Assembly: GCF_009834535.1 (NCBI RefSeq) | Contig: NC_045697.1 | Coordinates: 76,324,001 to 76,388,000, forward strand | Direction: 5' to 3' | DNA: 64,000 nucleotides | Source of the DNA: Camelus ferus | Lineage: Eukaryota | Shown: in pieces, positions 39,891-52,106 of the stretch | Layout of the letters: the number at the start of each line of letters is the position of its first letter | How positions within the stretch are numbered: position 1 is the first letter of the stretch | Program-made: the position numbers and the translations under genes | Notes under the pieces: generated by a model | Database searches by the model: none | The model's input: the letters and a program-made list of their open reading frames with translations, nothing else | Told to the model about the DNA's origin: nothing

Positions 39891-40184
39891 CTAAGAAGCC
39901 TCCTCTGGCCTGTCCCATCCCTAGAGATCACCCCCTGGGCTGTGGCTACTCTTTCTGGTCAAGGGCACAATGGTGCCCTCTGTCAGCGAGGCAGTGGACC
40001 CAAAGGCAGGAAGTTTTCGCCGCTTTCAGATTTAGCCAGGTTTGTTACTAAGTGTCTCAACAACAGAGCAGTCTGTATCCTTGTGTGATACTCGGTACCC
40101 CGTGGATGTTTAATTTACAAGAGTGTCAACCAAGCGACTAGACCTAGTGGGTGAGGTGGGCAATCAATGCACAGTCTCCTACTA

Positions 40185-40310
40185 GGTTTATAAACTCCAT
40201 GGGGCAGGTACTGTCTATGTTTTACTTACCGCTCTTTCTCTAGAACTTAGCATGGTTCCCCAGCCAGGGTAGTCAAAAATGAATATTTTGTTGAATGACT
40301 GAGTCAGTGA
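40185..40310 (+). mobile_element. L2 3' end
   Basis: taaactccatggggcagg...aatattttgttgaatgactga. Confidence 0.75.
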
Positions 40311-41499
40311 GTCCAGCCACAACCTAAGAAGATGGCATGACTTGCTCTTTGACATGTTTTGCCTATGAAGGAATGAGGAATTCTCTTGAAAATTCACTCC
40401 TGCACGTTAGCGTAGGGTCCGGGAAGGAGACTGTTGATGGTCTTCTACCCCGAATACGGCTGGTGGTTTTTTTTTCCCACTCAGTGTTACTGGGTAGACC
40501 AGTGTTTCTATTTTTACTTTGAGGCAAAACATGGGTTACAACCTCTTAGGTTTTTACCTTCTTTCCAAACCCAATCATCACGACCTCACTTCCTGACTCT
40601 AGTTCACTAGGAACAGGAGCAGTAAAAGTCGACTTCAGATGAGACAAATTCTGCGCTGGTCACCATCGGAGAACGCTGATTGAAATATCTGGTGTGATGG
40701 GAACACTGGTGGTTCTTGGGCTACTGAATGAATGGAGTATTTTCAGTCTGGAATAAGGGACCCATGTCAGAGGGCACTGGCAAGAACTAATGTTTTCAAT
40801 GTTCCCGACGGTACCCCCAGCCAGGATGGGTGTAACTGAGTCAGAGGCCAGAAGAGCCGGAGGAAAAGGAAGGAAGCAGGGTGTGTTAGCCACATGACTA
40901 AAGTGATAGGGAATATGGTTCTTAAGCAGGAAAAGACGTGTAGGCTGGACAAAAATGTAAACACTGGTGGCGTTTGGAATATTCAGGAGGGCTGGGAATA
41001 AAAAGCTCTGTGAGTCTGGTGAAAAGAAAGGCTGGCTTTGATGTGGAGCAGACTTTTCAAGTGTAGCGGGGTTGCCATCTCTTGTGGTTGCCAAAAGAAT
41101 ATTTAAAGGAAAAGTAGGGTGTTTTTTGCTGATGGGTGTCCTGCAGGTGGAGAATCCTAAGTGTCTTCAAGTTGAAGAAGAAGCCACCATTAAGAATCAA
41201 ATGGAACCAACAAGTCCGGTCAACAGCCACCAAATGCTACCAGGCTGTTTTGGCCACCACTCGACCTCCGGTTTGATGCCTAACACCTTCCCCGACAGCG
41301 GATAAAGCTGCGGAGGCTGGGAGGTGCCACTCGCCAGTTGAAATGAGGGCAGTTGGGTGGGTTATTCTCACTCCTAGAGCTGATCATCCCTCGTGGGGAA
41401 TCAGGGAAGAAGCATGACCTTGCAGCGAGAAAGCTGGGAAGTTCGGTAGGAAGTCCATTTTGGGGCTCTCTTCACATCTGCCTGAGCAGGACTGTACTT

Positions 41500-42250
41500 G
41501 GGTGAGTGAACAAGAGAAAAGAGCCCAGCCCTGGGATTCAGGGGGCCTGGGTTTTCGTGCGACTCACTCACTCACTCACTTGCCAGCTGTGTGACTTAGG
41601 ACAGATCGTTAGGCCTTCGTGCACCTTGGTTTCCGCACAGGGGCAGAGCTGGTTAACCAGTATGGACTCTTACGTTTCAAACCTCCATGATTCCACGGTT
41701 CACACGTGAGTCATAGGCTAAGTTCCACTCTTGCTTTTTTTGTATAACTTTGGGCAAGTTAGTGTCTCAGTTTCCCCACCTGTAAAACTGAGTTAATCAT
41801 ACTAGTTTTACGGTATTTTAAGAACTCACAGATGAAAGGTACTATGCAAGTATGAGCTACTATCAAAGCCTTGAAGGCAATTACAGCTCTTTAACTTTTC
41901 AACATCTTGTTGGAGGCTGAAAATGAGTCCCTGGTTGTTTTCACTTGAGTAAGAATTACTTGCTTTTATCTCGTGACAGCTTTGGTGTGCTGACTCAGAT
42001 CCAGTCTTCTCACACCGAGCTGGGGCTCTTGTCCTCTTCGCTTCCTCTTGTGAACCCTGCCGTCACCAGGCCCGTCTCCTACAGGGGAGCCCACAGAGCC
42101 TTGCTTCGAGTCAGCACCTGCTGCTCCAGAGGCCTGGCTTCTAGCTCTGGCTCTGCCACTAACAACCTGTGTGACCCTGAGCAAGTACGTCACCTGTTTG
42201 AGCCCTGGTGTCATAGTCTTCAAACGACAAGGAGGTCCCTTCGGTGGTAA
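41500..42250 (+). mobile_element. Cluster of three MIR fragments
   Basis: ccagctgtgtgacttagg (~41583), tttgggcaagttagtgtctcagtttcccc (~41750), ggctctgccactaac...tgtgtgaccctgagcaagt (~42150). Confidence 0.7.
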
Positions 42251-43614
42251 CTCCTAGTGCCAAAGTGTAACTTTAGAAAATGCTTAAGGAAGTGGAGAAA
42301 AGGATGAGGTGCAAATAATATATGTGAAGTGGTCAATCCTATAAACCCATCAGAGCTGAATTTACAATAACCAAAACTGTGGTGCTTAAAGTAACTCACT
42401 ATACAGTTCTTTGTGGCAGTGTTAAAGTGTTACTTGCTGAAATAGTATCAGTGTGTTGCCCTGTTAATTGTATTTGTGTGATTCGGATCCCATCTATGAG
42501 ACTACGCGCTGCTCTGATTGTAGAAGTGGAATGAGGAGGAAAAAGGGAATTGAAGTCTTGGGATTTATACATGGCATCCTGCAGTTTGGATTCAGGCTTA
42601 CTTGTATTTAAAGCAAATAAGTTGTACTTAAAATGGAAAACAACCTTGTTGATCTTTGAATATCTGTGGTGGAGAGGTGCTGTGGTCGGTTTTCTCTCTG
42701 AGGAGCCATCCCCACCCCCGTCTGTAGAGTTGGTCTGAGCTCTCAGCCACTCACTGGCTTTTGTGTCTTTCACAAGTTCTGCCATGTACCAGACACAGGA
42801 TCAGCGGTTTCCTCTGGGTTTTCTAGAGTTGTTCTTACTAGTGAGGCAGAAAGACCTCTCTTTCCAGCTACATTTCTGGCCGCAGATTGGAGTTTTTTAT
42901 ATGTGGTTTCCTCCCCTTGCCGTTAGATTAAGGGCCCCTATGTTGTCTCTATACTTGCTGGAGGGGTTGAACGACTCCCCCAAAACCTGCACCCCCAGTT
43001 TCCACTCAGTAGGGAGCCACGGCTGCTCTGGGCTGGATCTGCACCTTCAGATACAATGCACTGCTCAGCAATCTCTCCAGGGTTGATCAGAAAATCTCTG
43101 TGATGCCAGCCAGTTTTCAGAGGTGTCCGCCAGCATTGCCCCTCCCTCCCCTCTCGCTCTGCTCCTCTGTGGAGACCACCAACAGTATGAGAACAAGGCC
43201 TCACAGCCTCTTGATCTAGTGCCAGATCCTACATGACAGAGGACACCCCCACCCCTGAATTTCATTCTAGAAGTTCTATCCAGTGACTAAGTAATTTGTT
43301 TGATGTTTTCTTCTTGATTGATTTCCTCTTTTGGAAAAATCCAGATACTGAGGAAGGTCTCAGATGTTCTTACAGAGAAAGAGGTTTCTTTGGTTCATGA
43401 TGAAAGGTAGCCATCTCTTAAAACTCAGTGCTTAAAAGCTGAAATCACAGTGCTTCACAGCATCCATGTAAGTCTGTCACTTGGTTGCACCTCCTTAAGA
43501 GTAAAAGTTCAGAGGACGTGGAGAGTTGTCAAGCTGTTGGAGTCATAAAAGCTATTTTGACTTAATGTAACTGAATTGGAATGTAGCATATTGGCAGTTG
43601 GGGGAAGGTGGAGA

Positions 43615-44490
43615 ATTGTACTGCTTAGGGCCCTTTTGCTTGCGACAGAAACTCCAAACCTATATGACTTACATTCTAAGTGGAGTAAGCCAGAAAGAGA
43701 AAGAAAAATGCCCTATGATATCACTTATATGTGGAATCTAAAAATAAAAGGACACAAATGAACTAATTATTTATAGCTTAGATGATTGATTTCTTGAATA
43801 TGTGTAAGCACATTCGACTGTCCTTTATGATTGGATTACCGCATTCTGTTGATTCTTATTTTGTGGTTGGCTTTAATCCTTTGATAACTGAGTTTAAAAA
43901 GCTAAAAGTCTAAACTGTTCTTAGAAACAATGAACAGTACACATACGTAAATTTTTTAAAAATGTGCAAACTTATATGACTTAAGCAAAGAAGTGGTCAT
44001 GATAGACTCTGGTAACCAAATCTCAGGATGGTAACCATGGAGTGGACCTCGGTGTCAACTGATCCGGGACTTGAGTACTGTCAGGAATCTGTCTTCTACT
44101 GCCCTCCTCTCATCCTGGCCTCTTCCTCAGGCCTGGCCTCTTGCTCTCCAGCTCCCTCACATGCTAGGGGATAGGAGGACAGGCAGATCTGGGGCCACAT
44201 CCTTATGGCTAGTGTTCCAAAGGGGAAAGATAAACATCCCTGCCAGCTGCTACATGGACAGGCTCAGATTGGCTCTCCTTGGGTCACATGCTCACCGCTG
44301 GCTCAGCCCTGTGGTCGGGTGGGCGAAGTGCTCTGAGCAGCTGCAACAGCAGAACCACAGGACAAGTGGCTGTTGGGGAGGAGGGAGAGGCGGGCAGTTT
44401 ACCTCAGCAAAAGTGGGGTCACGTGCTGTTACTGATGGAAGGAGGAAAGGGTTCTGGAAAGCCCAAAACATCAGTTACACAGAGAAGCAA
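43615..44490 (-). mobile_element. MaLR MLT1 LTR carrying a TSD-flanked insertion at 43672-43966
   Basis: ttagggcccttttgcttgcgacagaaactcca...ttaagcaaagaa and attggctctccttgggtcacatgctcac; insertion described under findings. Confidence 0.65.
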
Positions 44491-45269
44491 GCCTGGAACT
44501 TAGCCTACGATCTTGCTGTGAACCACAGAATCACGGAGCTTTGAAATGTCTGCATCCATAGTAATCATCTGGTTCCATCCTCCAAGTGTGGACACTGAGT
44601 TGCAGATAGGTCTGAGGATAGGCCTGATGATAGGCCTGAGGCTACAAACGACAGATACCCACTATTTAGGGTCAAGGACTGTTTGCTGTGGTCCTCTATG
44701 GCATGAGCTTAATTTCCAGCTAAACATTTCATCTAAAATGTATACTTGGTAGATTTGAGTTCCTACCAAAAACTCAAGAAGTCACGGAAGTGTAAAGCAG
44801 ACACTACGGCAGTTAGCGTTTGTTGCCTCACCGGTAGAGAGATGGCTATCACCTGGAAGCAGGAATGACTTAGCTCATAGAATCTCCAACTCCTGATTCT
44901 GAAAACAAAATGGAAATATGGGTGAATCACTTAGAAAAAGTAAGCAGAGGTATTTAAATTATGTAATAATGAAAACTCTTTATTAACACTGATATTTCCT
45001 TTTCCCTCAGTAACTTAGATTCATTTCATAGTTAGCCTTTATGTGATATAATTGAAAAGCAAATGTTTCTAGTAAATAATTATGTTTGCAAGTTGTATTT
45101 TCTGTGTGTGTTTTTTTTTTAACAAGATTATTTCTAACCTATGGGCTATGTCTTTACAAATGTATTTCACGTGATTTATTTGGTTTTATCAAATAAGCTA
45201 AAATGTTCAGTACTTATGGTTTTCGGGTTCTAAAGGTCTTGCATTTAATATCAGAAATTCAGGCTCATT

Positions 45270-45480
45270 ATTGGAATATTTTGAGCCAGACAGAACTTTA
45301 AATTCTAAATTTGAATTCTGGATTTGCCCCGTATTAGTTCTGTGACCTTGGGCAACAGTATCGTTTTTGTCTATATTGGAGACATAGTAACAGCTATCTC
45401 TTAGGATCAATGGAGAACTCAGTGAGATCAGCAACGAAAAGGTGCCATTTATGTACTAGGCCTCAATACGGGTTCTAATC
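45270..45480 (+). mobile_element. MIR SINE
   Basis: attagttctgtgaccttgggcaac. Confidence 0.75.
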
Positions 45481-48079
45481 AGGAAAAACATGCCTTCAGT
45501 TAAGCAAAGAGTTATGTTTAGGAAAAAATAGTCTCAATCAGACTTTAGCCAAGGTTTGGGCTAATGTATGAGGACAGAAACTAGTAACTTCTGTGTGGGG
45601 TAAGTAAATTACAGTCTTAAGACTTATATCGGTACTCTTTAAAAGTGTACTGAATTTGTTCAAAATTAGTCAACTGTATATCAAGTTATCATGAAACAGT
45701 CAATAATAATAATGATGAGATAATATACAACTACAAACACTAGAAAAGTAAGTATGGGCAAACACTGTTATTACTGTTGTTTTCATTATTAATGGTGATA
45801 GTACTGTAAAAAGGAAAAAGTCAAGTACAAAATGAAGCCGGTTTCAAGTTGTAAACTACCCTAATTCCACAGGCAGAGAAACAGAAGGTGGAAACATACA
45901 TGTGAAAAATCGGAACAGGTGACCATCCTATTTATAGGTCAGGTTGGTCAGGGCAACGTCCTGAGTCTGTCTTTGCCAAGGCAATTTTGGTGATGCTAAA
46001 TGTTCCTGGGGTACCTGAGGGGCACGCAGGTGAAACTGCGGGGTGGGAGGATGGAAACAGGCTTGTAGAGCTCAGGAATATCCTGGTCTGGGGCATCACC
46101 TGCTACAATTGCTAGTGGAAGCCAGCCTTGAAGCCAGTTACTGCGCATCTCATGGGATGACTGTCAGCAGCTGTAAAGCTGGAAATGACTGCTACTGATT
46201 ACCGTCCAGGGCCTTGGGCTAAAAAAGCTTTCTCCACCTGAAAAGTGGATTGTAAACACACCCTTTATGATCCTGAAAGACAGGAACAAATAGGGGACAA
46301 TTACAGACCCCTTGCCCTAGAGTATGAAGTTAAATAACTACTTCAAGAAAGAGGAAGGCTTTATATCCTAGGTCAGGATGGCAAGAAAAGGTTAAGAGTT
46401 TCTTAAGAACTAACAGGATATCAAACATGGAGAGGCAATGTATAGCCGTCTCGGGAATTACGCTGGGGAAACAGGGCAGGAGAAAAGTGTGCAGAGTACG
46501 GGTCGTGTTCCTGCTCCAGAAAGACGCGCACCCTGCCCCTTCCACTTACTTCTGCTTACGCATCACTTGTGTCTGCTCGCTCGTGGCCGGTGAGCCAAGA
46601 TTTCATAAGAATGGGGTTGCCCTCACTTTTTAGTGCCATGTTACTTGAAGCAGTTAATATGTTTATGGATAATGTCTCATTACTGCCTTTTAAGTCACAT
46701 TCCAGACCCCCTACATCACTTTGATAATAACACACCTGTCGCTGTGACTCAGAGCCCGCACCCTCTCGGTCTGTCACAGGCTGCTCTTCAAACAGCCTCC
46801 CCGACCATCTGCCTCTGTGCTGAGATTGTTGTGCCATAAAATACGGCGGTGTCTTGAACTACGCTCTTCTCCCCATGCCCCACCAGCCCCACTGTCTTCA
46901 GGCCTGGCACCCAGTCAAGCCTCTGGAGGCCTGCACCGCTCCCAGGATTGTCTGGCGGGTGTTCTGCCTTCGAGATATGGCCTGACCTGTTGCCCAGGAG
47001 CCAGAGAGGGCAAGGGCCTGGTTTGAATCAATGCCACCCCGTTGGCCTCCATACCCAGTTTAGAAGTTTTATTACGTGGGAATGGTGTGGTTCAAGGGGT
47101 TGACACAGAGCTGGTAAAAGATGCCTGAGAGTCTCTCCCCACTTTGGCTGGAATCCAGCCCTGCAGGGTAGTGGCCGGATACGATTAGCAGTTGCAGGAG
47201 ACTGTGTGAAGGGGAGGTGAAATGAAACTAGAGGCTCCATCCTGGTGAACAAGTGTGCACCCGGGTCTAGTAACGCTCTGATGCATGTGAGGTGCAGCAG
47301 AGAAGCCAGAAATAAGATTGCTTGGGAAATCATATACCCTTTTTTCCAGAGTAGAGGCCACAGTATGGGAAGGAAATATTAGAGGAAATAAAGAAATAAA
47401 CCAATTTAATTAAAGTTTAAATAAATTTATCAATAAGATAAATAAGTAAATTTGGTAAGTAAATTTGAATCAACTGCTGTTGGAATTTAGATCTGCTGAT
47501 ATTACTAGTTTCAAAGTACTGCTTTTGTATTACCATCAAAGCTGATAACTTTCTGTTTGGTTATGTAAAATCACAGAAGGTTCTGAGAACCACAAGTTAC
47601 CTGATACTCTGGTCTTCACATATACACACACCTGGCCCGGAAACCTGTGTACATGTGCATATATTCTGAGATGCTTTCTGTAACCATGCCCCTTGTATCA
47701 CTCATGTCCACTTCTCATTTACTTTTATAAAAGACAATATCTGATCTATTATGTATTCTTTTTAGGCAACTTCTAATAGTAATGACCTAAAAATATGGAT
47801 CATGTATTTCTTATAGTTTTAAGTCTGTCATAATGTTGATATTATTATTGTTTTATTGCTTATCATGATACATTAGGAATTTCACTGCTCATTTTCACAA
47901 CCTTGTTTGTTCTGCAAGAACTCTTTTTACTCAAACTACAGAAAAAATTTGAAGAATATATTCTAAATACCAATAGTAGTTATTTCTAAAATAAGCTGAC
48001 AATTACAAGTGACTTTCATTTTCTTTTGTCCTTATTTCTGTACGTTCCAAATATTTCCACAGTAAAAATGTTTGTGTTT

Positions 48080-48315
48080 GTTGAGTGCTTTCTCCATGTC
48101 AGGTTCTGTGCTAGGTCTTTTATGATCATCATTACATAGTATCTTCACAATAACGCCATAAGAGAGGTCCTATTATAATCCTCACTTTACACATGGAGAA
48201 ACTAAAGTTTGAAGAGTTTAAATAAATTAGTCCAAAGACGCATAAATGGCAGGGCCAAAATTCAAACTCATGAATATCCGATTCTAGAACTTGGGTTATT
48301 AACCACTGTGCTAAA
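48080..48315 (-). mobile_element. MIR SINE
   Basis: atcttcacaataac...ctcactttacacatggagaaactaaag. Confidence 0.8.
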
Positions 48316-48789
48316 CTTCATTTCTTTCTGTGATCAGAACCACCCCCCCACACACACAATTTTTATTCTAAAAATAGACAATAACTTCGACTACTGCATT
48401 TAGCATATAACTTACATGACAGATATTAAAGGTACAATCATATTTCCACATCTACCAGGTTACAGTCTGACAGCTGCTTAAGAAAAAACTTAAGATTTAC
48501 TTAACTGGAGACTCACCATTTTTAATCAGCTTAAAAGTATTATTTGACCCTGATGTATATTTCTATGAAATTTAAAAATACGTTAGAAAAAGAGAGTTAG
48601 GAAATATGCAGAGAAATTATTCAAATCATGCAAAAGAAATCTTTAAGAAATGACACTGCAAGTTAGATTGTTTCTGCTTTCTGTTTGGTTGGTTGGTTTT
48701 TTTTTTTTTTTTTTTTTTGCCTGAAGAAGAAAGGCTGCAGGAGGAGTCAACTGCAGTTTTGAAATAAAGGAAGAGCTCTGGTGTGGTTC

Positions 48790-49130
48790 GTGGGAGCAGC
48801 TGTTCTCCCATCTCAGACCACATCTGGAATATGATGTTCAGGTCTGGGTACCACATTTTAAGAGAGACCTTGATCAACTGGAGTGTGTCAGACAGGGATG
48901 AACACAATGGGATGTACCTAGAAACAACCACGTATGAGTTACAGTTGCCGGACCTCTGGTTGTTCCAGGGAAAAGATCTGAGGGAAACAAAAGGTCTTCG
49001 TCTGAAGCTATGAAGGTCTGTCACACTGACGAGGGACTAGGCTTGTTCTATCTCTTGCCATCGGGCAGGACTAAGACCTTAAGGTCAGGTGTCAATTTAA
49101 CACAAAAAGAAATTCAGAACCTAATAAAAT
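48790..49130 (+). mobile_element. CR1/L3 LINE ORF2 C-terminal remnant
   Basis: From 48815 translates RPHLEYDVQVWVPHFKRDLDQLECV, matching the CR1 ORF2 motif RPHLEYCVQFWAPHFKKDIDKLERVQ. Confidence 0.85.
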
Positions 49131-49599
49131 GGGGGCAAGTGAACTAATGAGGGTCCTGGGCCCTGTCAAGCTGACAGAAGAGTGTCTGAATAGACTTATT
49201 GGGGCGGGCCTGGTAGAACTACCAGTTGAGATGGCAGAAATTTCCGAGTCAGTGTTAAAGAAATGGGAGGCAACTTCCCCGAGGGAAAGGCTTGAGGGTT
49301 CTTGTATTGGTAATACAACTTATATAAACTGGTAATACAACTTATATAAATTTTTTGTCCTCTTCTGCCACACACCTGTATTCTTTTGTTCAATAAACAT
49401 GTCTCCAGAACGACATGACATTGTGCTGCCCTTTGGAAATTTACGTTTAACCCTGAAAAATTCCCCTTTTCATAACTGTTTGTTTAACACAACTCACTAG
49501 GAGAAAACAGAGTGGAGGGAAGGAAAGCCCCCACAAATCTCTGTAAACAAGTAGATATCTTTTTAGACAAACGTGAACAGAGAGCATGAGATCTTGACC

Positions 49600-49805
49600 T
49601 ATTCTCAGTTAAAATTTTAACGTCCCATGTGACCCTGAGTAAGATAATTTACTTAAGTTCTCTGTGCCTCAGCCCCTTCATCAGTAAAATGGGTATAATA
49701 ACTCTTGCCTCATGGCTCTTATGGGAATTAGTGAGTTAATGTTTGCTCAGTTCTTTGAGGTCCTTGGATGAAAGGTGTTGTATAAATACTAGGTATCATT
49801 ATTAA
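49600..49805 (+). mobile_element. MIR SINE
   Basis: tctctgtgcctcagccccttcatcagtaaaatgggtataata. Confidence 0.8.
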
Positions 49806-50798
49806 CTTTTAATGACCATATCTGTACTTACAATACCAAGTGTCCTAAGAAACAGAAGCTGTTACAAGCCACAGAAGAGCTTTCAAAGACTGTTCACAAG
49901 TGTCAATGAAGCCCTAAGCTGGAATTATTGAGAGAGCTTTGTGTCTTACTGTCAGCTTAAAAACTGCAGCCCCGTGGAGTCAATCTGATATTTGGCTGTA
50001 GATTCAAGGGATGCTTTTAAAAGCATTTTTGCTGTCTTTCAAACTAGTTTTCATAACTGCTTTTAAACTAATGGCTATTTTGGGACCTTCAAATTATTTC
50101 ATTTTTCTTATCTAATTATAGTCTCAGTGGAACCTTCTCAATACTTACATATGCTAAATGTGGTAGCTTTTACTCTTTTCTTTTTTCTTCTTCTCTTGTG
50201 GACAGAACAGCAGCTTTTGTCCTTAATGCAGGAAGAACACATAAGATAGCTATCAGCCATGGTGCAGAAGTAGAGATCACCTTGCTCTGGGCTCTCTCCT
50301 GCTGTTCCCGCTCATGGCTGCTCCATGCTGGTTGAGCACTCACTCCACTCCTTGTAGGCATCAGAAATGGCACACGTTGGTGGTGGGGAAAAGAGGGGGC
50401 CCTTCTTTGATCTCAGATGACACCCTTAAAAGATAAACATTTAAAGAGAAGGAAAAACAAATATAGAAAAAGGAACAACAATGAGATATGGAACAGCTCA
50501 GGTGTCACCTATGTATCTGCTTCAAGATGATCAGTCAGAGTGCTTCCTACAAAAAGGCAAATTACCCAATAGAAAACTGGGCAATAATTATCAACACATA
50601 CGTCAAGAAAGAAGCCTTACTGATCGATAAATATGAAAAGATGCCTGGAGAAATGCAAATGAAACAGGAAAAAGGCACTTCAGGTTGCAAAGCATTTTTA
50701 TTTGAAGACTAGCACAAGTGGAGAAGAAAGTGAAGCAACACTGCTGTTGGGGTATAAATCGATACAACCAACCCCAGGAGAATAATTTTATAAAGATG

Positions 50799-50860
<62 letters not shown>
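50799..50860 (+). repeat. Compound microsatellite (TA)13(GA)18
   Basis: Direct reading. Confidence 0.97.
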
Positions 50861-50863
<3 letters not shown>

Positions 50864-51072
50864 TTTAATCCTATCTAGTAAAGTTGAGATTGTGTATACA
50901 CTAACACTCAGCCTTTCACTTACAGACTTAACACTCTATAGATAAACTCTTGCCAATGCATGGAAGGAACTGTGAAGTTTCATAGCACCATTTGTAATGG
51001 TAAGAATCTACCTAATGATGGAAATAATCCAAATGTGCATCAAAAGAAGGCCAATTAAAAAACAGTGGTGTA

Positions 51073-51224
51073 GGGTTTGCGGGAGGGTATGTCTCAGTGG
51101 TAGAATGCATGCTGAGCATGCACAAGGTCCTGGGTTCAATCCCCAGTACCTCTGTGAAAGGAAGGAAGAAAGGAAAGAAAAAAGAAAGAAGGAAAAAAGG
51201 TAAAGAAAAGAAAAGAAAGAAAGA
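51073..51224 (+). mobile_element. tRNA-derived SINE, camelid Vic-1-like, with AAAG-rich tail
   Basis: gggagggtatgtctcagtggtagaatgcatgctgagcatgcacaaggtcctgggttcaatccccagtacctc: A box, B box (GGTTCAATCC) and purine-rich tail. Confidence 0.85.
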
Positions 51225-51623
51225 GTGTATTCATATATGGCATACGAGGCACTATCCAGCAGTGAAACTGAATTAACTAGAGCTACAAGTATTACTCTGG
51301 ATCTCTGTGGAGAACTCTCAAAAAACATAATGTTTAGGACAAAAAGAAAAAAGGAAAAAAAAAGCTTTGGAAACATACAGGAAAAATATCTTTTACATAA
51401 AATTTTAAAATATTCAAAAGAAGATGACTGGTGGTTATTATTATAGAGAAATTCAAACTCTTAATCTGTGTGTCGAGTCTGAATTCCCAGTCTTGGCGGT
51501 TTCTCCTACGCAGTTCAGCGCTTTCTTGAAACTCACCCTACTAGCGCCAAGTAATTGCTACAACTGAGACTTCTGAAAAATTCAAGGGTCCCCATACCCC
51601 TCCAAGAAATATGTGTTTTAACC

Positions 51624-52106
51624 CAGAGCTATCCACTAGAAACATAATGGGAACCACATATGTAATTTAAAATTTTCTAGTAGTCATATTATAAAAAGTT
51701 AAAAATAAGTGGGTAAAATTAATTTTGATAACAGATTTCATTTAACTAAACATAGTCAAAATATTCTATAGGTAAATAAGATATTTTGCCTTTTTTACAC
51801 GAAGTCTTTAAAATCTGGTGTGCATTCTACACTTAGAGTGCATCTCTAGTTGGATGATAAATTTTCATTAGAAATACTTGCTCTGTATTTAGATTTCATA
51901 AAATTTAAAATTGCAAGGATAGAGTCACATACCCAACTTATCTCAAACATACACACGTTTTCTAATAACTGAATCGAGTACTTGTTTTCAAATTTAAATT
52001 TTAATTAATTGAAATGAAATAAGATGACAAATTTAGTTCCTTAGTCTCACAACATTGCAAGAGCTCGCCAGTCACACGTGGCTCTTGGCTACCACACTGG
52101 ACACAG
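51624..52106 (+). mobile_element. hAT-Charlie DNA transposon (MER33/Charlie1-like)
   Basis: cagagctatccactagaaacataatgggaaccacatatgtaatttaaaattttctagtag...cacacgtggctcttggctaccacactggacacag with degenerate terminal inverted repeats. Confidence 0.85.

Larger units (their letters stand above)
50530..51450 (+). mobile_element. Old L1M ORF2 end / 3' region hosting a microsatellite and a SINE
   Basis: aattacccaatagaaaactgggcaa and gtttcatagcaccatttgtaatggtaa. Confidence 0.7.

Noticed and set aside
41147..41305. Plus-strand exon-like ORF VENPKCLQ...FPDSG*
   Set aside because: Weak polypyrimidine tract, no linked upstream coding exon and no recognisable homology.
51081..51150. tRNA gene
   Set aside because: Degenerate stems, no Pol III T-run terminator and a purine-rich tail indicate a SINE.
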